A model generated the notes under the pieces. It searched no databases. It had not been told where the DNA came from and saw only the letters and a program-made list of their open reading frames with translations. From the NCBI GenBank assembly GCA_964035545.1, contig OZ037765.1, positions 3,916,698 to 3,980,697 on the forward strand: a stretch of DNA of 64,000 nt. Reading direction: 5' to 3'. The stretch is from Bugula neritina (lineage: Eukaryota; Animalia; Bryozoa). Of the stretch, positions 1 through 15,000 are shown piece after piece; the stretch's first letter is position 1, and every line of letters begins with the position of its first letter. A program made the position numbers and the translations under genes.

Positions 1-3000
1 GTAGCTTACTAGTGATAAATATTGCCAACATAGCTGTACTATAGCCTAGGTATTGTTACTACATACAGGCACTTCCTCATTACCTTATGCACACAGAGCT
101 ACCAGGTTAATTCAAAGTTTGGAAGGTAAAAAATGGGAAATATGTTGATGTATTAGATTAGCAACCAGCTTCCTACTTGAGTGGTGTAATATAGTAAAAA
201 AAACTGCATGGAATAACTCAATTGTTGCAATAATATGTGTAATTGATCATCAAGGTTAAATAAATATGTCGTCCCCTCAGTATGTAGATATCATTAGCTG
301 AAAATTAGAAGGTTCTGTATTTCGTTCAGCTGAAAAAACATTTAGAACAAACACTATTTGGTACTATGTAAGTAACACACAACTGTAGAAGATGTCTCAA
401 AGAGTGTTTAACCCCTATATGAGTTAAATTGATGAGCTGTCTCAAGTGATGATGTCATCACAATGGAATAAAATTCTCAGCCCAACAATCATTTCCTTTA
501 CTTAAAAAATACTGTAACCAAAGTGATAGAAGGAAACAAAATCCAACATTTGATCTGCAAGTATGGAATCCACCCAATTGCTCACTGTCATGAGTGAAGC
601 ACTCACTACCACCAGTAAAGTAATTATTGTGTAATAATGATTGAAGTTGCACTTTGAATTCTTGTTATTTCTGTATCAGGTACCAGGGTGACTAAATAGA
701 ATTCACTTGAAGCAGCACAAAGTTGGTGTTTACTGAGTGCAGTAGTTGGGGGCTCAGAGTTGGGACACGTGATGTGAATATATAAACGCTGCACTCAGTC
801 ACCCCCCAGCTCGGTGCTGCTTCTAGTCATTCCCTTAACTAACACGCGAGCTGGTTAAGTTATTAAGCAGCTTGACTCTTTTTGCTAACTATTATAGATG
901 CCAAGGCGGTCACAGGATGCTGGTAAGATGTTGACAACTTGAAACTAGTAGTAAAACCATCACTAGCAGTCGCAGATGATCACAATAAGTGTACTTAGTG
1001 CTTGTCACATTAATAATTCATTGAATCAATGCATGAAGACAGAAATCTTGCAGTTGTTGATAAACTATGTGATTACATGATGAAAGAAATGTACTAACTA
1101 ATACAGAGAGGCCATTATCACAGGGACAGTTTTATAGCACCAACATATAACATACAACAACAGTAAATAATTATAATGTTGAATATTGCAATATGTAGCT
1201 AAACCACGACTAAAAACACATTTGTAAGCTTAAAACAACCAGCGCAATGCTAAACACTACAATTTATGATGTTTCATGTTTGAATGAAGAAATGTTCTTT
1301 CAAAGTAGTGCACTCTGGTTGATAGGAAATACATGCAGACTCAAATAAGTATACTTCTTGTCCATGTGAGTGACTTAGTGCCAAACAGATGGCTTTCTGC
1401 TTCTACAGAATATACTTTCTCCCTAGAAAAACATTCTTTTAAACTCGTCTTAATATGTCTTTCATTTCGACCCTGGTATATGGTAAGTTTCAACAATGGT
1501 TTCCACAAAAACTAGTGAGTTTGAATGAACCTTCATAGAGCTGATCTAGATACAATGAAGAGGAGGCATTGCTGGGTTAATTATACAACTTTATAGTTTA
1601 GGCTACATCTGACTTATTTTATTGTGAATAAATGTTTATAACTTTTTTCAGGCAAATACATCTCTACAAGACTGACATAGCAGTCAAAATCCAATAGAAC
1701 AAAGACTGTCGGGTGTTTATATCTAAATATAGAGCTATTATTATTGAATTTATTTTATTCTCCTGATAACCTAATATCTTGCAGGAGCCAACATAAACTA
1801 AGGAGTAGTTGATGCTACAGCTTGCCTGCAGTAAAACAAACATGCAGAGTATGCATATTAAATATTATTTTGTTAAATAGAACTAGCTGGGAGGCTAAGC
1901 CCAGCTTATATATTACTGATGAGTTTCAACATCTAATAGCATGTCATATTACTGCAGTTATGTTATCTGTAAAAACAGTTGCAAACAAGATATAACAACA
2001 AAGTGGAAAGATCATAAAATTATAAAGCAACTTCTAGTGTGTCATTTAATAAAACTTGTTTTACAACATATAATATTAAAATGTATTACCTCTTTTGTCC
2101 ACTTTTCAAGAGCCACTTTCAAGTACAATTTCAAAAATGTCAAAACAATCTCCAGGCACATTTTATTCACCTGTATTCCTATACTTGTACTCAATGGACT
2201 TATCAGCGTGTATATGTATGTCACAGACTCAATAAATTCTTGAGAGAATGAAGATCTTACCAACTTATAACCGTAACACATGTGATTACAGTGATACTCA
2301 TATTGACATTCATACAGACTTGAAATCACAACGTAAAAATGTTACTCTAAGTAAAATGAAAATGAAGCTCAACATCACAGACTTAGTAGGGCAATTAATT
2401 AACACTGATATTCAATGTCAATGATTAAAGTAATAATTTAGAGTTTAAATTAACATAAACATATTTCACTATAGTTAAAACCTTAAGCTAATCAAGAACA
2501 ACTAAGGCTGCAGCACCACCAGAAACCGGAGTTATTTCATATCTGAGATATTATTACTTGCACTACATGTATACACTCTATCATGAGTTGAAAAGAATTA
2601 GGAATCTACCATTCAGGATTGGCAAGCCGAGCTTTTGCCAATTGAGGTTTAAAGATATCTAACGATTTCAGGTAAAATGTTGTTGAGAACAGAAATACAT
2701 GTGGCATAGGTTTTCACAATTGAATCCTATCAACTGTTGACAAACTCACCTTGAGCTAAATGTGTGGTTAGCTTGGAACCAAATTGTTGAGTAGGCCACA
2801 GTGAATGTTACAGTAGGCTAAGTAGATGCAGATGCTGGCCGTAGAAATTTACATCAACACGAACTGAACATAACTAACATAACTCACAATGCAAATTAAA
2901 ACTTAACTGTAACTTATTTCTAGTTTAAAAGTAAGTGAAACCAAATGTCAAACTTAAGCCCTATTAGTAATAGTAATACTATTACTATTAGTAATACTAA

Positions 3001-3462
3001 TAGTAATACTAATTAATAGTAGTTACTAAATTAATTTCTAATTAGTAGTTTTGGTCAAAACTCAAAAGTAATATAACTGAAAGTAAACTGTTAGTATGGG
3101 TAAGTCAATAACATAATGATCAATTTAAAAGCTATCACTAGGAGTAAACCTAGCTTTCAGTTTGATAATTACAATTACACTTACACTTACAGTGTGAGTG
3201 ACTGCTAATGCTGGTTTTAGTTTTGAGCTGATTCAAAGACGATAATTATCATGACCAACTCATCATTGTCATCATCATCATGATCATCACATTAGAGTGA
3301 ATGTGAGTGACTGATTCACACTCTGACTGACGCTCACAGTCACACTCAGAGTCAGTTTTAGTTTAATACCGATATTCACACTGACACTGGGCATTGGCCT
3401 TATGATAGAAATGTACAAGTTAAATTTAATGCGATATTTGAAAACCCTGATTACCAACCAAC

Positions 3463-3573
3463 CTTCAATGTCACATCACAAAGCTTTCCTTGTCTTCGTA
3501 TTTCCTCCATATGAGCAAATCCCTGAGCTGGCAAGTTAACATTTTCGAAGATGACTACTTTCTCATCAGCCAT
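3463..3573 (-). CDS. KLHL18: Kelch-like protein 18, first coding exon (rest of gene lies left of the window)
   Basis: [37 protein letters not shown] followed by a GT donor (AAG|GTTGGT). [16 protein letters not shown] matches the KLHL18 BTB N-terminus. No further exon was recognised in 1-3462. Confidence 0.8.
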
Positions 3574-4382
3574 AATCACAAATGTTTCCAACACTGGCTG
3601 CAAACTTGAATTTGATGCTTTTAGAAATACGTCAGGCTTAACGGAACCCCTAAATATCTGCAAGCATTATCTCCTAAACCATGTCAAGGACAAATTACTA
3701 ACAATTTCCGTTTAAAATCTAAACTCTTATTTTGTGTTGCCACAGTGAGCCAGTCTTTTTGTTACCATTTTACACTGATGTCACTTCTTTTTTATATAAT
3801 GCTGTTAATTATTTGCAATTCTAATTTACATTCAATTTTCTATAACTTTTTGGTAATACTAAGTGCTAGTTAGTTGAAAAGAAATATAGCTTATGTACTT
3901 GTAGCTAAGCCTAAGCCTAAGGCTAATGATTAGCTTAAAATAAAGTTAGACATGATCATAATGATAATAATTAACATAAACTAATAGTAATAGTAATAGT
4001 AATAAAATGATTCGATTTTTTAGAAAATAATTATTTCTATACATTTGAAGTTAGGAAAAGCCGATCTTAATTCAAACTGATACAATCTTCTGCTAAGTGA
4101 CCATTATTATTAAGTATTAAGTAATGGTGTCTCTTTTGTAAATAAGTTGCTATAAACCTGATAATTTACCTGTCAGTGAAAAATTGTTCTAGCAATCATA
4201 GTGATAGTTTTTGTCACTGCTAGGTTTAGATAGAATATATATTCTGATTTATTTGCTATTGCTGCTTTTAAAATTTTAATAAAACTGTATTTGGCTACCA
4301 TTTGTATTTCACTCACTAAAGTTATTTTTCATTTAAATTCATATTGTGGAGAAATTTTCTGCTTTATTTAGAGAATTGAAAT
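3574..4382. promoter_or_regulatory. Putative divergent promoter / 5' UTR region between KLHL18 (-) and DCTN5 (+)
   Basis: Start codons are head-to-head, about 810 bp apart. An acceptor-like TTTATTTAG just before the DCTN5 ATG suggests a non-coding first exon in this interval. Confidence 0.5.
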
Positions 4383-5258
4383 ATGGACCCTGCTCCCATC
4401 TATCACCACTCTCAGAAATACATCGAAACAGCATCTGGTAATAAAGTCAGCAAGTTGTCAACGTTAGCTGGCAGTCAGAACATAGTACTCAATGGCAAAA
4501 CCATCGTGATGGAGGGTTGTATTTTAAGAGGTGACTTGGCTAGTCTCAAAGTTGGAAAGAACACAGTCATTCGAGAAAATGCAATACTTCGGCCACCTTT
4601 TAAAAGATTCGCTAAGGGTGTTGCATTTTTTCCATTATATATAGGTTAGTTTGTATCCAATTTATAAAAATTCTTGTAGCAGTCTGTGGTGTTTCCTAAA
4701 TTTTCTGCAGATCAACATTTATATATACATTTATACTTCCTGTTTGTTGTTAGTAAAAGTCATATTCAATGCCAGTGTACCAGGATTGCTGAATTATTTC
4801 ATTACTGAAGTCATATTGCTAAAAGTGGTAATTAGTCAATTCTCAAAAACCTTTAGTCATCTGTAAAACACCACATGCTATCGGTATGCTCTAGTGTAAT
4901 CACACACATTCATGTTGTAGGTGAACATGTCTACATAGGAGAGAACTCTATTGTGAATTGCGCTCAAGTCGGGTCATATGTTCACATCGGTAAAAACTGT
5001 GTACTAGGTAGACTAAGTATGCTCAAAGACTGTTGTGCTGTATTGGACGGGACGGTGCTTGCACCAGACACATATGTTCCGCCATTCGCAGTGTATGCTG
5101 GTAATCCCGGAAGACAAGTTGGAGAGTTACCAGAGATTACACAGGAGCTTATGATTGACTATACTTGGTCGTTCTATAGAAACATGCTACCTATGAGTAA
5201 GAAACCAGTGAAGGACAAAGAAATAGAGGACAACTCTAAAGCAAGTGCTCCCGAATAA
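4383..5258 (+). CDS. DCTN5: Dynactin subunit 5 (p25); exons 4383-4644 and 4921-5258
   Basis: [11 protein letters not shown]...[13 protein letters not shown]...[19 protein letters not shown]|[29 protein letters not shown]...LKDCC matches DCTN5 (hexapeptide beta-helix). A phase-1 GT-AG intron at 4645-4920 joins the two ORFs in frame. Confidence 0.95.
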
Positions 5259-6003
5259 CTGTGCTCCACGTAGTATAATATTTTCTATACTTAGTATTTT
5301 TCAAGCTAAATTCAGTAAAGCACAGTAAAACTCATTATGTTGAGTAAGCCTGCAAGTCTGGTGTTTTTCACTTTACCTGTTGCAGGTTTTATTGTTATTA
5401 TTATTATTGGGTATAGAATGATGCTTGGAATAATAACGCAGCTGGTCATTGTAGTCTTCTTTTTTATTTGTGTTTGTTAAATATTAGTTATCATTTTATT
5501 TGATTTAGTTAGATATGCTAAATTGAATGTAGGAAGCACTAATTAAACACCAATTCCCTTTAGATTTGCTAGATATGTGTATTGTTTTTTAAGACATTTT
5601 GTACCATGTGTTGTTTTTATGACCGTCAAATATTCTAGTTGTTTACACAGGTTGTGTTTTGTGCTTACATATATGGTCAAAACCGAGCGTATGTATATTG
5701 TAATCTATTAATAAGCAGCTTGGCTGTGGTTTGCTTAAAATTTATTTTAAAAGTTATTCCCTCATTACAAAAACGTGATGTTTAAAATATTTGTACTTTT
5801 TATCTTGATATCCTGCAGTTTCATGCAAGAACTGGGATATATAGATAAAATTAGTGTATTAATAAAGAGGTAAAAGTATGCAGTATTCTATAGAGAATAT
5901 AAAACAATGGACGGAAAAATTGGATGGATTTACTGAAATTAAAATGATTACAAACAAAATAAAGACAAGTTAGGCAAAAACAACGTCATGCGTAACTAAG
6001 AAG

Positions 6004-9000
6004 TTAAAGTTGTTCAACAAATCTAGAGAACTGTTCATTTTCTCCCGGCTGTAGATTGCTAACATGGCTGCTTAGCAGGTGCACTTGTACTTTGCCGTCG
6101 TCATAGTTCACCACCTACAATGACATACATACACATGTGACTTATACTTGTACACACCACCTATAGTGGCAAACATGAACAGGTGATTGGCACTTGTACC
6201 CACCACCTATAGTGGCATACATGAACAGGTGATTGATACTTGTACCCACCACATATAGTGGCATAAATATGTACACATTATGTATAATGAATTGCATGTG
6301 TAAAACTGATCCATATGCACACATGACTGTACAGTTCTACCTAGGTAAAGTATTAAGACTTTATCTAGCACATCTGCATCCCAAATAATACTATAAAACT
6401 ATATTTAACTAAAGCATCATACTTTGTACACTTAAACTCACCATCTTTGGCCGAGAGTGACTCTGGCTTTCATCTGATAGACATATATCCACAGCACTAC
6501 AGGTAGAAATGTAAGTAATGACATGCTTGAAAGTTGATTATTCAAAAATTATGTTTATATAATATATTCTTTTAGCAACCAATATACAGCTTTACCTAAT
6601 TTCATATTTAACTGACTTCACAAATGAAAGATTACCTTTATAAAATTCATAAGTTTAAAATGTGATTAATAGCATTAAAAATATGCATTATGTTCAGCAA
6701 AGTATTTGAGTATATTGGTTGTACTGGCAATGAAATGCTTTGAAAAGTACATTTATTATATTTAAGAGCTGTTTTGCCACTAACCGCATTGGCAGCACTT
6801 TATAATTTGTGGCGGTTTCGTATTTAGAGGTTGATTAGTTTTTAGGAGCTTGGGATGACTGACATAATAGCCATAATATAACATGTTGAGTAAGGATTGA
6901 CTCACCTGCTGTTAGCCTCAGAGACTTGCTCTGAAGCCATGGGCTCGGCATCATTACGCAGCAAATCCCACATGTGGACAATAGAATTTGAGTCTAACAC
7001 AAAGATGATGTAAGCGCAGCTACGAGACCATAAAACTTTGCGGATAGCTGAGCCATTAGTAGATGTTTCCCATATGATGATTGGAGATTCTACAGTGAAA
7101 ACATGTAATATTATATGGTCATCTAACCATATAATATATGGCAATGTAACGATGTAATATATGACAATGTAACCATGTAATATATGGCAATGTAGTCATA
7201 CATTATATAGCAATGCAACCACGTCGGATAATAGAATTTTAAAAAAGATCAACTGACAGGAAAAACAGTTTTGTAGTTACTTGATGTGGGCTTTCCTCTT
7301 GGTTTCAACAGACTTAGAAATTATATAGAAAGTTACCAGATAATGTCAAGATATGAAATTTCAACGCTATGGTTAACATAATGCAATATACAATCAAGTG
7401 AAGTACAAGAATTTTAAACACATCAACTAATGAGAGTGAAATAGTTATAATTATTATACATATTCATAGTGACTTTTATGAGATGGAAAGTGAACAAAGA
7501 GTAAAATTTTCTTCACTATCCATATAGAACAGAGAATAGAATGTTAATGCTGCAATTAGTATACAATATCAAATAAAAAAACTATTAAACAATAAAATTT
7601 ATTATAAACAGAATTGATAAGAGTGAGTGAGCATGCTTACCAGCAGACAAGTGGTGCAGGCGTATTGATCCATCTTCACACCCGGCCTGTAATCAGAATA
7701 TTCCTTGTTCAATATTATAACTTGACTATCATATGGCTAACACTGTCTATTGATAAGGTCTGCTACTAACAACGTATTGATGCACAACTTACAAGCAAAA
7801 TATTCACTTTTCATAAAATTTTCAAGTAGAATTTGTAATTCAATACGATTTTGTTAAATGGCCATATATACTTACGCATCCATGTTAATGATAAAGCACA
7901 ACAAATAAGTTGATAATGTATGTACTTCGAATAAGAGTGGAAGGAAATGAGGTGTAAACTTACCAGAAGTACAGGGTGTCCGAAAGGGTGAAGGTCGACT
8001 GAGGTGATTACACACGGTGTCGTGTCAACAGATTTGTAGCACCGAGGAATGATTTTCTGAGTTCCAAACCGTGTGCCGTGCAAGACAACTCCGCTATCAG
8101 TAGCCACATAGAAGTGGTTGTGATTGGTCGGATTTAGCTTCAGGTCAAGAGTATACAGGGACTGATTGATATCAATTCTGTCAAACAGATAAATAAATAA
8201 ATTAGATTTCATGCCAGCAAAAGAAGGTAGAATCATATCAAATAATTGAATCAACATAAATATTGCCAAAATTAAAAGACCATTTATACTGTTGTATAAT
8301 ATGCAGTGTAGTTACTTATTGATAGCGGTAAGTGAGATAGTAGAGCTTTTGAGTAACTTTATTTTCCCATTAGGAGACAGCCCTAGGTCAGACTCTGAAC
8401 CAGCCATGTTAGTCTCTAGGATCTCAGCTACGACCTAGAATGAGAAACCAATCTAAAGGAAACATGAAATGGTATGCACTATAACTAAGTACCGTATACA
8501 GCATTACCATTAAAAGCTACGAATTCAATTTTGCAACATAATTATATCCTATGCATATAAAACAAATATCTTAAATAAAATAATTAGTATTTTTCTTAAA
8601 AGCATCAACTAAACCACGCTATTACTTTCGTCAAATTACAGAAAAAAACCCATTTGCTTCCAAAAAAAATTGTGAGTACTTCAACACTTTAAGTAAATTA
8701 CTAGACAACTGTAAAAGACTCTCAAACTTAAATTGAACTAAAATTCGGAGTTATGTGACCTCAACTACAAGTTTTCTTCAGCCTATCTACAATTACTAGG
8801 CATATAGCTACTCCACTAAAACCTACCCATAAGTTGACAATTCCATTTCGTTCAAGAGTTGCCAGCTGAAAGGAGAGCCCTGAACCAGCCTCTGCAATAA
8901 AAGAATGTTTTAGAATATGTAACTGTAACGCAGAAATGGCAGTGTGTAGTATAAAGACATCTGTGTGTATAGCAACAAGTGTAGGTATGAGATAGGCAGT

Positions 9001-12000
9001 AGATTATCTCTATATCCATATATATCTTTCATATATAATATAAACATATAGCAATGCAAGATGCTAAGCAAACTAGAGCAGTTAAAGTTTCATATGATTT
9101 TATAAACATTGTCATTGCGATAGTGTGCTTGCATAGACTCAACTTTAGCCCGAAAACTCTAGCTTGAAAAATCTTATTTTATGAAGTGTTATAAATGGTC
9201 ACAAACTTTGTCTCATGCTATATGGTAACAACATGATAAAGGAATTTCCTAAGTTGTGGAGAAGTGTGTTTTACGGGCCGAGTAGCTTTTCCCACCAACA
9301 TTCTAACAAGACTCACAGGCTAAGCAAGCCTGTCATTTACTAGGCCAATGTTAATTTACTATCTGAATATTTGTATACTTAAGCTCAGCTGAGAATCTAA
9401 TGTTTAGTCTAGCAGTTCCCATATGTTACATTATTAGCTGAAGTTAATGCACACCATGTAAAAACTATCAATGTGCACGTACCTTACAGCATACTTGTTT
9501 ATATAATATTTATAAATAAACATTAACACAACTAATGCTGGACACAGATAGCATCTAGTTTATCATTAAATCATTCACATGTTTCAAGTAGGTTGTGGAA
9601 TTAAAAGTGAAACTTGTCATTAGAAACATATTTAGTTTCTGAAAAATTTAAGTTTTGAACAATCACTTCCACCAAACAAAAAATGCTGAGAAAATAATAT
9701 TTCAAATACCATGATCTGATTGGGTGATAACATGGTTTGACTTCGTTAATTTTTCATTCTAATTGTTTTTAAAACAAACCTAGTAAGGTTATAGAGATAC
9801 TTTTCATAGCCAGCTAAACTATTTTTGCAAATTTAACACAAGCAGTGAAATGTATTATGCAGAAAACAAGCACCTTGAGAGGCTGACTTGCCACTGTCAG
9901 TAAGAACAGGTACGAGGGCTGTGATTGGACTGTTGTGATTGTCATACTGCAGGACCCCTGCAGTGTTATACGTGGGAAACCTCAGCAGCCAGTCCTGTCC
10001 TCCGCAGATATAGCTGTGGTGCATCGTCGGTGGCTCTCGTAGATCCCACGCAACAAGGGACCCGTCCTGCATTCCCCCAAACACCAAGGTAGTTTTTATA
10101 GGACTGAAGCAACAGCAAGTTGGCATGCTCGCACTCGCCACAATCCTACCAACATAAAACAAGATGAAATCAGGGCAGAGGAATGTGACGATGTTTTGGT
10201 AAAAGAAGAATAAATATTTTGAGCTTGGATACAAAACAACAACCAAGTACATTTGCATCATAGCTTCCTGACCTATTTGTACCTATGAGCAAACACTGAG
10301 GAAAGTCTTATAAACGGCTTTTGTGACAGCAATATTCATTTAAAATGAAGCAGAATAATTTAATACTAAGCATATACCAGTAGTTGTGCCTTTAAAGTGC
10401 AAACAGCAACCTGAAAGTTAATTGAAATGCTGCAAAAATACTTTCCATGACAAGAGAAGGCAATTATACTCATGTCTCACAGCAAAATAATAAAATCATT
10501 TGAGATCTGTGGAAAAAATACTTTCTTTGTGACAGGTCATGCTGAGCAATGATTATAAATGTACAGATGATGACGCATGGAATATTTATAACTATTAACA
10601 AATAATTATGATAATCGTTTGCTGAACCATTATCGTTCAGAATGCAATTAATCGATTATATTGGACAGGAATTTTAACAAACAAAGAATTGCACTTGTCA
10701 ATGAATATGAATAAAATTATAACATTACCATTGCACTAACTATGAGGGGCTATATTAATCAAATGAACAAGACAAGAAATTGTGTTCTTTTTAGTTACAT
10801 TTTTACCGGTGTGTTTTCAACATTCCTTCAAACTTTCGTTTTAGAAAAGAATCAAAATATATTGAGTTTTGCCAAATGTGTTGGCAACTTTAAACTCACC
10901 AATAAAAGACATAAATACTTCTCATTCAATAAATAAGAGGATGACTCTTATTTTTTAAATCTGTTTAAATATGAAAATGTTTTCGTGTACAAGCAGTGTT
11001 TGATTATAAGAAAATCAGATAAATTGTGTGAAAATGTTGATTAAACATACTTCTGGGGTTGTGACGGGTCATTAGTGTTCCACACTCCAATCATACCATA
11101 TTTATCCAGTTTCTTATCTACAGGCTAAAACAGATGAACATAAACTGCACTCAAAAACATGTTATTACAAAAAATACCTGCGTGTAGTCATGTACATATG
11201 CTAACACAGCAGAGTTAGACTTCTGCTTAATGTCTCATTTCTCATGAAAGCTGTCACAAAATGAAACTGCTAAATATTTCTTCCTCTAAAATTTGACAAT
11301 AAAAAATTTTTCCTCTGGGCAATTGTAGCAGTTTTTCCTCATACGTGTCAGAGGTGTCAACAGGTAGCTAAATGAGTCATAAATAACTTAAATAAAGCAA
11401 TTTTCCTCAAGCATAATTAGATCAACCTACAGCAAACTGTAGAAGAAAGTTCTATCAATATAATGGCAAGAGATTGTATATATCAGCATTTCAATAATCT
11501 AATTTGAATTCCCATTTCAACATCAACAACTGGAAAATTGCTATTTTAAATTAAACAGTTTCTAAAATATGAATATGGTGACAATTTTAGGATATATATA
11601 TCATTATTTATATAGTTACTCTGTGCCAGTTATTTTAATAATGATTAGTTTTACTAAATAATTAGCAACTTGATTAAAACTTCAGTTATTTAGTAAATAA
11701 ACAAATTAAAAATATAGTTCCTGTTATTATAATTGCTCATTTTTAAAATGACTAATTTTAAAACTTTATAATTTTAAAAAAGGCAATAACCTTTGAAGAG
11801 GGATCTTTGAGCAATTGTAGAATTGACAAAACAGAAGGAAGCTTTCAAAATACTGCAGAGTATTTATCAAACATTAGCTCAACCAACCTTAGTGGGTGCA
11901 GTATGCATAGTCAACAACATCGCACTGTCTGAGGGGGAGAAATGACACCGAGCCACCTGCCTGGAGCTGAATATCTCTACAGACCTAAGGCTAACGTAGC

Positions 12001-15000
12001 CCTCGCTGCTGCTGAAGCTAGCAGACTTCTCGGTATATGAGCTCTTTACGTGCTCTTCATTTATCAACCTCTCCACCACCTGAAGAATAAAAAAGATTAA
12101 AGATTTAAGTTTGAGGCAAAAATCATTTTACAAAAATGTGGAAACATTAAACACTAATCAGGGACAAATAATTTGGCACTTAATATTTTTTTACAAATAA
12201 AATTATAATATGATTTTAATGTTAGTGGTTCAGTAAGAATTTATAGTCTACGCAACTAATCACTTCTAACAAAATTTGACTGAAATTACTTCCCTAGCAC
12301 CAATAGTAACCAAGAATGACTAACCTGATACCAAGAGAGACCGACATAAAAAAGCTCATGCAAGTTTATAGTCACTATCCCTGTGAGAACCCGTGATAAA
12401 AGGACTTTTTTAAATTGGGCTAAGAACTTATTCATATGTGTCACAGAAGCAAATATGACTGGATGCGCTTCCTAACATCACCAATGGCTTTTACTGGGGT
12501 TTGAACCCATGACTTCCTGTTTACTAAGCTGACGCTCTAACTCCTGGACAATGGCTGCTCCTTTTCAAAAGAAACTGAGAGAGACTGGGAGAAATTGAGA
12601 GAAACTGAAAAAAACTGAGAAAGACTTACCTGACAGGCCCTTTGCAAGAAAGCTGTCAGTCTTCCGTCATCAGCTTTAGTGACGGCTGCATTGGCGTCTG
12701 CACCTGGGTGAGTGTCATCTACAACTCCGCATACAGTAGCCCCCTCTGCGGGGTGTTGTGTCCACCTGCTAGATACTTCGATATCTTCTGTCTGTACGTC
12801 TCTGTCCAGATTGTCATCATTAGTCTGTATGTAGACCTAAACACCAACAGCAGCGTTAACAAATATACAATACGGAATAACTGCTTCGAATGTTGCCAAC
12901 AAAAATATTAAAATTTATTCTGGAATATAAATGCAACATATTGAATAAAAATTCACAAAATATATTTAAATATAATAAAAACGCTATTGTACTATTTTAT
13001 AAATATTAATTATTGAATTCTATTACTAAATATAGTTGCGTAATCATAGATTATAAATAGCTAAGCTGGTTCATTTCATTCATATAGAGTAAATGAATAA
13101 GAAGAGATACACGAGTCAGTATAAAACATTGTGAATGGTTTCAGCTACACAACTTCCTTTGTTTTGACCACAACATGTTTTCCTCATTATTAAAATTTGA
13201 TCTAGAAGTTTCCTTGTGTAAGACTTTTTTTCTAAAATAAAGCTAGAGATCAGCTTAATAAATGATTCACAATGCTAATAACAATGGCATGCGTTATCTC
13301 AAGTCATAAAAACTCACACAAGTTTATAGTCACCATCCCTGTGAGAAACCCCTAATGGAAAGTGTTTTTGTTAAAGCGGGCTAAAGACTATTCAGATGAA
13401 GCACAGGAGCAATTATGACTGAATGCTCTTCCTAACATCACCAATGGCCTTTGTCGGCTTGAACCCATGACTTCTTGCTTTCTGCGCTAAAGCTCTAACC
13501 CCTAGACCACAGCGACTCCCCATTATCTCAAGTCATGACCAATAAATCTCACCTGTTGAGCGTTGGTACGACCAAAGCTGCTCATGTAGAGGTCATATTC
13601 TCTGACAGGTGGAAGGTCAAACAGAGTCATATGCACAGTATCCAACTCCACTATGCTGAGTAGCTCCGTACATCTCTTCCTCGCCTTGGAGGCAGCCTGT
13701 AATATCAGTCAGAAAATCTTAGGAGAGTCAGCAAACAAAGTCATCGTGAATAACTTCAGAGTTTTACCCTTTTTTGGTATAAAAACCCTAAAGCTGAAGA
13801 GCTGCTAGCATTCAGTAGAGTACTACAGTGTTTACTAAGAGCTTTTGACTCTATTCTTTTCTAACACAATGGGTTTTCATCATCAACATGATTAATTATA
13901 AAGCCTAGACTTACAATTGACTAGACATTTACTATGTCATTTTCTTTCACTAGAAAAAACCTGTCACAAGTCAAAATGTGGTTCTAGCATATACAAATAT
14001 ATACAAATGTAAGCAGGAATTATCAAAACTATTTTTAGACTGGATGCATTGTTTTATTACATTCAACTGTTTAGATATAAAATGCCTTTGAAATGAAATA
14101 TTGAAACATTATCAATTTTTACATTGGAGTACGATTATAGTAGGCAGGATTTATGTATGAGAAAAAGCTGTAGAAACGTATAGTCACCACACTAGCCTGA
14201 GGCAGTAGCACTGCAGGCAAAGGTCTTGAAGGCATTGAAACTCTGATTGTACATATTGTACTTTTATTACATTTTGTAATTAAAAAGTTATCATTGAATT
14301 ACTACACTCCACTACGTGCCTGCCGTGATAGAAATTTGATATTTTTGGTACTTCAATTGCTTGGTTTAGCATTGGGAATATAACCTAGTTGCTATGCTTC
14401 CAAGACAAACAACTTCTGCTAAATATTTTTTAGAGCTAATGCTAGCTATTCCTTAGAACTAATGCTAAATAACTAAAACGTTGTCTACGCCAAAACCCGT
14501 TCTATATTACTTGCATTTCAAAGTACTTGCTACTAAAATTTCCAATCTATTGTCCTAAACTATGACACTTGTACAGCTGAGTTCAATTAGAATACTAGAC
14601 ATTGCATAGCTTAGCTAGTGACCCATTGTTCAGTGAGGTTACATGTGATACGAACTCTAAGACAGCCTTCTTACTACCCATAATACACTTGCAGCAATAG
14701 GCTAAGAAGTAACCCAATGAGGAAGTCCAAGATTATTCATGTGTGATGTTATTCAACTATTACTATTACTGTAAATAACTCAATTCACAGTCAGTGCTGA
14801 GGAGTGTTGGATTAGAGTTCACTGTAAGTAAACTATCTACTAATAGCTTCTGTATATTGGACAGTATAACATGCCATTTGGTGGGCAATAAAGTTTGAAT
14901 TTAAGCATTGTATATGCAGTATTATATTATACAGTGCGTTTTTGCCACGCAGGGCTTTTCTATATCGTGAAGACAACTACTGTGGACCTAGACTAAACAA

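Noticed and set aside
2740-2880. Possible second KLHL18 exon (strong minus-strand donor AAG|GTGAGT near 2750)
   Set aside because: The upstream sequence does not translate to the expected BTB continuation.
12480-12561. tRNA gene
   Set aside because: The tRNA-like A/B boxes continue into a shared body found in several diverged copies, one with a TSD, so this is a SINE head.
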